Source: the human T2T-CHM13v2.0 reference genome, Homo sapiens
Reading direction: 5' to 3' (one strand)
Assembly: GCF_009914755.1 (NCBI RefSeq)
Contig: NC_060926.1
Length of the DNA stretch: 64,000 nt
This document shows positions 53,886 through 64,000 of this stretch, piece after piece. Both the position numbers and the translations under genes were made by a program. The notes beneath the pieces are model-generated. The model saw nothing but the letters and a program-made list of their open reading frames with translations. It was not told the origin of the DNA and made no database searches. Position 1 is the first letter of the stretch. Each line of letters starts with the position of its first letter.

Positions 53886-56800
53886 TCAGATAACCGTGTT
53901 TAAATGTAGCTAAAATGATCACTGCATATTTAGGGTGAAGGTGGCTTCCACTAGATCTGTAGCAACACAATACTATACTGTAGTGGCAAATAACAACTTG
54001 ATCTAGTTTCTTTCTTAAGCATCTCAACTTAAAATAGTACCATATGTTGCATGCACAATTCCTACACCCAGTGTCTTTTCTTGATGCAGTGCTCAGGGAA
54101 ACCGGAAATTTTTTAAATATATTTTTTAGGAAGACAGAATAAAGTTGTGGTTAAAAGGAAAGGAGGTGTACCAAGGCCTTTACAATTATAGATACTGAAT
54201 TTGTATTCTGCACTGTGTGGAAAGTATTTTGTAGCATTTCTTCTCAATAGTATAATTTCCTTTGAGATCTAGTTTAAGAGCCATAAAAAGGGCTTGTAAT
54301 TGAGGAACTATGAGGATGTCATTTGTAACTAAGACATTCGTGTTTATAACAACATGTGTCCTTTTAAATGTTGCCAGGTGTTGAAGCTATTACGCATGGT
54401 AGACTATAATTTTTAGTATGTAAGTTTTCAGAAAAAATGCTGATATAAATCTCTTTTTAAAAAGTTTAATGAAATAAATAGTTACGGTCAGGCAATCTGC
54501 TTAGAACATTTTTGTGCTAATCCTGAAAAGGGGTTGTATTTTCCATGAGATTAGTACTATCACATTGGTAGTATGAGTTGTCCAAGATTATATGATGTCA
54601 ATTCATGTTTCTTTCGTTTCAAGGTGCTTTGCCTATGTAGAATGAAGTCCCTGGTGCAATACATTCTGGAAAGATTATAATACACAATAAACAGGGAACA
54701 TTTTGATCTAGAATGCATCACCTTTATATTTCTTGTAATCCCCTGAGCATTTTTACATGATCAATGTTCTGGCCTTTAAGTTAGTTGCGGGGAAAATTAT
54801 ATGACCAAAATAGACTTTACAGCACATGTCACTGTGTCTGCTTTATTGTAACAAGTTAACAGAATAGGGTCATTTGCTGTTTGCCTTTGAGGACCTCTGT
54901 CCATCTGGGTCTTTTGCACTCTCACGGAAACTCGTTCCAAAGGGTCAGATGCTCAGCACTCAGACCGATGGCATGAACCAGGTGTTAAATATGGAGGCTG
55001 CATGTGTAGTTGAGCGCTTGACACGAAGGCTATTTCTGTCAGCTTCTGTGATTGACTATGCTGCTTGTTTAAGTTGTTCTTTCCCAGAAGGCTCCTTGAG
55101 GATTACTTTGTGGTCCTTATTGACACCTTTAAACTTTAGATAGCCATTATACTTACACTTTTTTTATCCTGTCATAATATTTTCCATCAGAATTATATTG
55201 ATTTCCTTTTGTGAAAAATATAATAATCCTCATAGTGACTGAATTTTTCTATTTTTGCCAGAAAGAAAACTATTAAAATGCTTGCACGTCTCCCTCAAAC
55301 TGATACTATGCATTTAAAATACTTTTGTAACAATAAATACCACACAGGCATATGTATCCAGTAAAGGGTTTCCATTTTTATGACACTTGCTTCTCAAGAA
55401 CAGACATATTCTTTAAAGGAAAATAAAAAGTTGCCAGCTCTGAATTGATTGACATTTGTTTACTTAACTCTCTCCTTTTGAAAGCCTGCACACCTATTTC
55501 AACCTTGAACAGTTTCCAACTGTGGTATACTGGAACATTTTTTCATTTATTAAGTTCAGTGTTGCCAACCCAAACAAAGTATAATCAGCGATGATCCGAG
55601 CAGACCAAGCTGTCTAGCACCATACAATGTATCTGCATACTAATTTCCAAATTCCCTCACATTTCCAGAGAACTAATGGGATCATTTTCATTCTGTTACA
55701 GCAACTCAACAGTTACTGAATCACCATCTGTGTTTTCGTTAACCTGAATCAGATATGAATTCTGTTATTGCAAGGTAGAGCAGCTTGTTTAATGATTCTT
55801 AATCTTTTCTTTAATTAAATCATGCAGCCAACCTGAAAAATCTATCTTAATGCAAATTAGGAGCTTTTTTGGCATTCGCTTACAGTAATGCACTAATAAG
55901 GTTAATTTATGAAGGTTCTCTTCCAGTCTGTACAGATGATATTTGTTCACTGCATATTTTTAGCATATTGTCCCTTTTTGTAATATTTTAAGTAATAAAA
56001 ACATAGTTATTTTTCACTTACACAAATGAGAGATACTGTAAGCAGCACTCTCTGTTAACCAAAACTAAGTACAAAAAATATAAAGAATTCTAAGTAAGAG
56101 GGGAATTCATTTCACTGAATTTCAAATGCCATTTCTCTGGAAATAACTGTCTCTCTCTCTAACGATGTTTAGGTTCTTAGATGTATGAGAGAGAAGGCAC
56201 TGAATAATTAGATGAAGCATATCCTTGGACTATTTTTAGCCCTTTGGACATGAGGTAGTAGTACGAAAGGTAAACCAAATATCATAAAGTCCAATCAGAA
56301 TTTATCAATACATAATTATTATGAAATGCATTTTGATCATCTCAAAATACCTTGTTTTCTAAATAAATTCTTTATTTCAGGTAGGTGCATTATGATAAAT
56401 ATTTCTTGTGGTGCTAAATTCAGTGATAAACACACAATCATGGAGCTTGAATAGATAAGAAATAGTATGGGCTAAGAAGAAATGGCGAGTTGTGAGAATA
56501 GTGAGATTAAAATTTAATGAACAAAAAAACCAATTCTAACCTTATAATTCTAATACTTACTTATATGGGCTCTTCACTATGAGCCTGATTTCCCATATTA
56601 TGTTGCAAAGAATGTCATTTCATGATCAAGACATAGTTAACTACTGTATTTACTAAGACTCTTTAATCTAGAGTTAATATTTGATTAAATAACACCAAGT
56701 TAAGGTAGAATAAAAATCATTGGCATAAATTTGTTATGGTAAGCATAAGAATTTATTGAGAGCCACATATATGTGAGGCATATTACTCATGCCCATGTGT

Positions 56801-58689
56801 AAGTATGTGAATATAAACAATATATGAGATCTGCCCTTTAAATCTTTAGAATTTATTGGAAGGATTATCAGCTTTGCACCCATAAGGTTTGCTAATGTGA
56901 TTTCAAGTGAGGTGTCAGTATTTCCTTAAGTATTTGTATCTTCCTTGTATGGTTTGGCCAATTTGCACAATTTGTCTACACCTAGGTTAGACTCAGCTAG
57001 CCTAGGCAAGGATGAAACATTTAATAAGATTATTGATAACATGTGTCTCACATTATACTTTGAAATGTACTATAGTAGGATGCTTTTAACTGGTGAAAAA
57101 AGTGAATAACTTTTTATTTTTATTTTGAGCTCATCGGCTATTCTCATGATATTTACACTCAATCTCTAAACAGCTATCTGATTAAATACACTTTAATATT
57201 AACATTACAATCAATTTCTTTAGACCATAACTGCATATCAGTTATTTTCAAAACTCATTTTCCAAACACAATTTTTACTTGTTACTTACATGGAAAATCT
57301 AAGTTTTTAAAAAAGCATTTTGCAAAATTTTATTATGGAGCTCTGAAGTATGAGTATTTCATCTATCCCCAAAAGCACTGGGAAATAGTATAAGTAAAAA
57401 ATGAGTGCTGTGGCCTTAACAAAGTAATAAATTGTAGAGCATATTGCATTGGTTATTACTAGGCCCCTAAGCCTAACTCGTTTATCCATAGTACAAATAT
57501 ATGCAATCTTGACCTATGGTTTTATATCTACTAGACTCTGAAAAGATAAAAACAAGCTAATAAGTGAAGTAACAAATGTATTATTGCCTTTAACTTCTCA
57601 AGTCCAGTATAGCTGTTGACTATATTTATTATATCTCCAGGTAAAATTCAGTCCAAGGGGAACTAAGCCCAACAGAAAGCATCAGTCATTTAGAACATAA
57701 TTATGCAGCTTAATTATAATTAGAATCAAAGCAAGAGACTAGTGTTCAATTGCCACCAGCAAATGGAATAAAGTATTTCAAATACTTTGCGTCAGAGATT
57801 AGAAGATATATAGGCATTAAAGTAGCGATGTTCTTTGGCATGAGTAGAATCCTTATATTTGAATCCAAATGGCACAGAAATAGTTTTATCTAATTGGCAA
57901 GTTGCATTGCCTTTTTATTTCTTTGAGGCAGAAACTATAAAATACTGAATTATTACCTTACAGCAAAACTGCTATTTTAAGAATTTTAAACTAATATTGG
58001 CTGCTGTCAGATCAGTTTCTAGATTTATTGAATTAAGAAGTAGATATAAACTGAGGTGAAGGCAAGGTCATGTCAATATTTATCTTGTGAATCAATAAAT
58101 GTTGATACTAACAAAAAGTAAAGCTCAGCGAATGTATATGGTTGATAGGAAGAGGTAAAATCTGATCAAAACGTTTGTAATTTTCAAATTTCCCTAGCAA
58201 ATTTAATGTATCAGTTTCAAATATTTTTTGATAATATTTACCCTAAGGGTATAAAGGAAAATATTTTTAAATAATATTCCTAAGAACATAGGCTATGTAA
58301 TATACATATACATTGTCCCTGTCTTCAAAAGACAAATGTTTTTCAATCGCATTGCATTATTCCTTATTAAGATTCTTTCCTCATTTTAGCTTTTATTTAT
58401 CTGCCTCGGAAGGGAGAGAAACAAATTAGAGAATATTTGGTGCTGAATTGGAATCTTGCTCAATTTTCAATCCAATGTCACTGGAAATGTAGTTCCTGAG
58501 AACGAACTATAATTACTTGGCTTACATGTGTGTTATTCATCTTTAAAGCTCCCGTGTGAAACAAGGTACCTGACATGCTATAGACATCCACTTATTTTAT
58601 TAAGGAAAAAATTTGTTTTCCCATAGTTCCTGATTTCAGATTCTTGAGACTCCTTCATCCCTCAAGTCACTTCCAGATAATTGAAAGTT

Positions 58690-58815
58690 GGTCAGCTATG
58701 GGTAGGGAAGTATATAAAAAGGCCAGCTATGGGTAGGGAAATACATTAAGGCCAGTTATGAAGGCCTTGATGGGTCCAGCTATGAAGGCCTGCTATGGAT
58801 AGGGAAATATACAAG
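58690..58815. repeat. Short modular tandem repeat
   Basis: Repeated GG(C/T)CAGCTATG, GGTAGGGAAATATA and TATGAAGGCC blocks. Confidence 0.8.
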
Positions 58816-59329
58816 AAAAATCCACAAAATCCCTGGTCTGTGTTACCCACATTTTTGCTTCAGCTAATATAAGATGACAGAACACACCTGACACTAAATA
58901 GTGTTTAGAAAGCATTGTGTAGGTAAATAGAAATTGGCATATTGCAAAATACATGCATGAAACCTAGAGATAGAAACTGTGGTCACATCTGAGGAGGTTT
59001 CTGAAATCCTGAGTAAAATGTATTCCTGAATAGGGGGTTCCTATGTTTCAGTCTGTCAAATTAACAAACAACCCAAGAAGACAGAGAAGAGAAGAACACG
59101 TTCTTCATCAGAACACTTCTAAGAGTAAATATTTTGAACAGAAAATTGATGTTCACATAAAAATATATGCAGATAAATCTATAGGCTTTTATTTTTAAAG
59201 TTTAAGCTAGAATATGATTACCGATATTATAGTATGTCACACTTATCTTTTCCCAGCCAATAGGAAAATTGCCTTTGTCTCAAATCTTACATCATATGTA
59301 AAAACTGTTCTTTTTACATATGCCGCTTT

Positions 59330-59800
59330 CTACCTTCTATATTATATACCATATCTCTAGGTTTCTGAGGGCAGGAAGCATAATTTATGTGATCTTTCTA
59401 CTCTCTTCATTGCCAAGAAAAGTGGTTTGCACATAGTAGGTCCTCATTCAACAAATGTGGGTTGAATGAAACATTTGTATAATACATCACTACAGTCTTT
59501 AACTGGAATGGGTTGTTAATGTATTCTTTGGTAAGATGTTCCATCACCTAGATATTTATGAAAAAAGACACTACTTCATTTGTTAGAATGAAAATTAAAT
59601 GAGTTAACAATCTTCTTGTGTGTTCTCATAGCATTTTGCCTATTATTCTATTATAATGTGCATTACAATTTAAAGAAATGTTTACCTGTCTATGTCTTAT
59701 ACTAAATTATGGTCTTCTCAAGGAAATAGACCGTGTTTTCTTTTCTTTGTTTCTTCAGAGCCCAACATTTACCTTCCATGTAGTGAGGACTCAATGGTTG
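59330..59800. mobile_element. L2 3' tails and MIR3 relics
   Basis: TGAGGGCAGGAAGC...GCACATAGTAGGTCCTCA..TTGAATGAA; CATGTAGTGAGGACTCAAT. Confidence 0.6.
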
Positions 59801-60344
59801 ATAAAATAGAATCCTCAAAAATCTGTGACAAATGAGTTATTGTAATGAAACATTCTATTCAATGAGAAGGGAAAACATTTAGGACTGCTTCCCTTTGCTG
59901 GGAAGACACCTACTTAATTTGTGAAAAGTGGGAGGGAAAGATAGAAGACTACAAATTCTCTGCTTTTAATATGTCCTCTTTTATTTTGCTCCCATTGACA
60001 GACTTATCAGAGTCTTTTGCACACAGCTGATTCACTTTGCAGTAAACAAATTTCTATAGGTTTACAGGTTCAGTGAAAAACTATACTTTAGTGTGAATGC
60101 TAGGAACTTTGAAGTACACATTTGAATAATCCAAATGCAAACTAATAGGGTTTGAATACATTTAAAATAAAAAAGAATGCAGCAAACTTGACACTTGTAT
60201 CACCATGGGAAGGGGAGGAGAGGAAGAAGACAACCATTTCATAGTGCAAAAGTTTATTGTTAACCTGACATCCAGTTCTAGTACACACATCAAAACACTT
60301 CTTTCAAACTCTGCTTTTATGCTTCACTGAGAAGCAAAGATTAT

Positions 60345-60670
60345 GTGTTCTTCAAAGTGTGGTCTATGAGTAAAGCAACCATCTTATTTATCATCTAAAC
60401 TAAAACACTTTCAAGAGTTAAAGGGGGCACTCTTACTAATAGTATATTTACTATTGGTATTAGAAGCAATGCTGGGACTATCTAGTCAAGCCAGGACAGT
60501 TGATAACCCTGTGTGGACCACTCGTGTTAAAATTGTCTGGGTGCTTATTTGGAAATGTGAATTTGGGGCTCCAAACTAGTCTCACTGAATCAGAATCTCT
60601 AAAATTGGACTGGGACTTTGCATTTGAACAAGCACCTCAGGTGGTACTAATGTACATTGATATTGGGGAA
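60345..60670. mobile_element. MER5A-type element with nested MER94-like MITE (about 60371-60511)
   Basis: TTCAAAGTGTGGTC...CTGAATCAGAATCTCT..TTGCATTTGAACAAGCACCTCAGGTG; insert has TTTATCATCTAAAC..AAAGGGGGCACT..GGGACTATC..AGCCAGGACAGTTGATAACCCT. Confidence 0.7.
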
Positions 60671-60709
60671 GCTGGAGTTAAAACAACAGACCAAAAAAGA
60701 GTATGCACA

Positions 60710-60998
60710 GGCCTGACATGGTAGCTCGTGCTTATAATTTCCAGTTCTTTGCGAGGCCAAGGCAAGAGGATTGCTTGAGGTCAGGTGTTCAAGACCACTG
60801 GGCAACATAGTGAGACCCTGTCTCAAAAAGAGAAAATTAGCCAGGCATAATAGCGTGCACATGTAGTCCTAACTATGCGGGAGGATCCCTTGAGCCTGGA
60901 AGTTTGAAGTTACAGTGAGCTATGATCACACTACTGCACTCCAGCCTGAGTGAAAGAGTAAGACCCTTTCTCTCAACATAAAAATAAAAATAAAAATA
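60710..60998 (+). mobile_element. AluJ
   Basis: GGATTGCTTGAGG, GGCAACATAGTGAGACCCTGTCTC, GAGCTATGATCACAC; (TAAAAA)n tail. Confidence 0.93.
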
Positions 60999-63369
60999 AG
61001 CGAACTCAGAATGAAGAGGCAGATTGTAACATTTCATACTTACCCATAAAACACACTTTTACTTCTTACCATACCTGAATATGTTGGACTTATGATTCAG
61101 GAAGATTTGCCAGATTTACGATACAGAATGTTATGGTGGGACCTTGAATATCCTTTGATATATTACAAATTCCCTATTTTATACAGATTGTTCATAAACT
61201 CAGGCTGAGTGAAGATGAGAACTTGGGCCTTAATATAAGCAGCAATGCTTTGCTCTATACTACCATAATCTCCTGCTAACTCACCCAAGAAAAAATTATG
61301 GGAATGAAACAGGAAGGATTTAAATAAATGGGTTTATTATAACTCCCACTCCCAATCCTGGGACCCCAAAAACAATATCTATAATTAAAGAGACAAAGAT
61401 TCTGTCAAAGAATGAAGAAAAATATAAAGACTTTTGAAAGCAGGTGTTTTAAGCTCACATTTTTAAAACTGAAAATAAACACTTAAGAACACATTATTTT
61501 AACTTAAAATATATTTAAATGAATTCAAGGAAATATATTATTCAGAAAAAAAATGTTCCGCGTCTCTGACTATTGTACCCATCAGTCCGATGACATACTT
61601 ACAATGAATTGTAGCCTAGAAAAGGTGCAAGTATAACATCAGCCAGAATGAAAGGCATCATTTCATTTATATTTAACTTTTCCAAAACATGACTTTTCTT
61701 GTTTTTTCTGAAGAAGGCTTATCTGCCAAGGAATGAGCAAGGGTAGGAACAATCTACTGTAACAAAAAGAAGGTTGTTTTCTTAGCATCAATTGTGATGT
61801 ATGCATATTTTTATATTTAAAATGAAAGCATTAAAATTATAGCTTAAATGATTAAATATTAGTTGACCCAAAATAAAAGAAATAAATTCACCAATTGTAG
61901 TTTCTCAAAGCTGAGAGGACTATTTCTCATCCAGAACAAAAAAAGGCACCATTTGTTTGATATCATTTTGATGAATTATTAATTTTATCACAGCTAAGAT
62001 GACAGCTAATATTAGAACATTGAATTATTAATTTTCAAATGTGCAATAAAAAAGCAGAATAAACATAAACTGAGATGTGTTTTACGTAAGGGTTACATTG
62101 CTTACTTATTCTATTTAAGAAAAATACCAAAGGAAACCGATGAATTAAAAATCTTGTCAACACTGCTGATGAATTCTTTTACTCATTACTTTACATGCCA
62201 TTTTAAAATATGAAGCACAAATAACATTATGTATTACCTGATAATAAATGTGATTATTGAGCATTAAAGATATATATTATCCATATTACAAATCATCTTT
62301 GTGTGGTTGCTAGTATGATAGTGAATTACAGAGCCATAATAATAGTGAGAAACATCTGTGGCCTTAAAGGATTCACCTCTAATCCTCTCAGGATTATTTT
62401 ACTGAGAGAGGCAAACTATTTCTTCAGAATAGCTTTGAGTTATTTTTTAGCAATTTTTTTTATCATGACAGTTATTTCTGTTACCTCACAGTCTAATGCT
62501 CAGAGAGGTCCCAGTCTTCTTCAAATGTATAGTGTTGGTGAAGTTTCAGTCCTAAAATAAGGACAGACTCTCTACAGTTCCATTGCACTAGGGGCCATTG
62601 CTGATTGTTCTGTCAAATAGCGCCTCATAAACATCCCCTAGACTCTTGAGCCTTCAAAGCCTTAACACTTGATTCCTAAATATGAAAATATTTCCATAGC
62701 GTTGGCATCATAGGCACTCAAGCAATGCAGAACAGAGCCACTGCTCAGAGCACAGGGACAGTTAGAGGAGATGGAGAGGAGGCTGTAAGGCAAACAGACT
62801 GGTGGATAATTTTAGGACATAATTCCCTGGTGGGAGAAATAAAGCTCTCATTCATCCCAGAGTTCACAAGGATTTAATCCAGATATAAGGTGAATTCACT
62901 TCCATCAAAAAATGTATTCCCTTATTATGACATTTTCTACTTAGGTAGAAGGATCAGAGAGTATGAAAAAGAGGGAGTTTCACAGTAGAAAGACTTTTTT
63001 TTCTTTTCACTGGAGCAAGACCCCAAACAGGAAATGATATGATTTATACCTCATCTAATTTAGACAAGAATGATTTGAGCCATAAATGCATTTGTGATAA
63101 TAATATTTAAGGCAATGATGTTTAGTCACTAGTTTTACACACCACCATTGCCACATGTGCCCTCACTGAGGGTTCTGTGTAAGCTGTCATAAGACTTATT
63201 AATAAATTATAATATGCTATTTAATAATTAAAACATATGTTTTATATGTTAGAATACCCATCATCAAGTAACAAATTTCCTAATAAGCCAACTCACAAAT
63301 GAAACAAGAAGATCTGGTCTTTTGTTCTAGGTCCTTCTATTCCCATAAGTTCTGTAAAATAGATTTTAT

Positions 63370-63710
63370 ATATGTAACTATTTTTTTTGAGAGATTAAGT
63401 AACTTGCCCAATATTACATCACTAGTAAGAATTCAAATGCATTTCTGTGTTAATACAAATCTCATTTTTCAGGTAATACACCTCCTTCTTGAAAATATAC
63501 AATGTATTTTAGGCCATTAAAATGTCTGAGAACTTTTATGATATTGTATATATTTATATAACTAACTAATAGAGTTCTCCCAACAGTCCTATGTGCTATG
63601 TACTATTATTATCTCACTTTTACTTGCATGAAGGCTGAGACATAAGAAGTTAAATACATTTCTGGTTACTAAAAGGGCTAGACTTTGGACTCAAGGTATT
63701 TGACTCTCTC
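63370..63710 (-). mobile_element. Two MIR fragments
   Basis: GAGATTAAGTAACTTGCCCAA; CAACAGTCCTATG..TACTATTATTATCTCACTTTTAC..GGCTGAGACATAAGAAGTTAA. Confidence 0.7.
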
Positions 63711-64000
63711 AAACAAGGTGTTATATTACATTTGTGTAATGGAGTAGATTATGTTAATATAGGTATGTATAACCCAACACACTAAACCGAAAGTGTTGAA
63801 AAATTAGAAGCAAAAGAGACAAACAGGTTCTGTGACTCCTGGATTCATCAGGAAGAAGAGATTTGAGTTGCTTTCTTTAAACAGAGAAGAGTTGAGTCAG
63901 CTTTCTTTTAGAATGTGGTGGGTTCTCTCTACTTTTCTTATGCTTAATTTCCATTAATTGGCTCCCAACCTCTCCTCCTCTTCCTGGCCTTCCACAGAAT

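Noticed and set aside
54950-54972. REST/RE1-like TCAGCAC
   Set aside because: Right half-site GGACAG is absent
58690-58815. Possible CRISPR-like repeat array
   Set aside because: Eukaryotic context, no unique spacers, irregular units, no cas genes
61030-61720. Minus-strand GTAAGT donors near 61043 and 61602
   Set aside because: No convincing paired acceptors or coding frame; such hexamers are expected by chance in AT-rich DNA

Overview
AT-rich, CpG-depleted primate (probably human) non-coding DNA. I find no credible protein-coding gene, RNA gene, CpG island or CRISPR array. The provided ORFs are L1/Alu/LTR-derived or are short chance frames. A large share of the window is interspersed repeat: 11 Alus, one internally deleted L1PA7-like LINE (19.4-24.3 kb, minus strand), about 10 MaLR LTR pieces (THE1/MST/MLT1), two other LTRs, several MITEs (MER91, MER58, Tigger4a, MADE2, MER30, MER5A, MER20, MER94), and many L2/MIR relics. 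Subfamily names come from recalled consensus sequences and need RepeatMasker/Dfam confirmation. LTR orientation is mixed, which fits intergenic DNA better than an intron of a highly expressed gene. I found no new 'biological system'. The most interesting signals are structural scars: an AluY with no TSD that truncates a THE1B LTR, a THE1 LTR carrying a 50-bp internal stub, a microhomology deletion in L1 ORF2, and a patchwork micro-duplication. There are also two LTRs with intact DUX4 motifs, a candidate non-coding exon, and several repeat-free islands with transcription-factor motif clusters.
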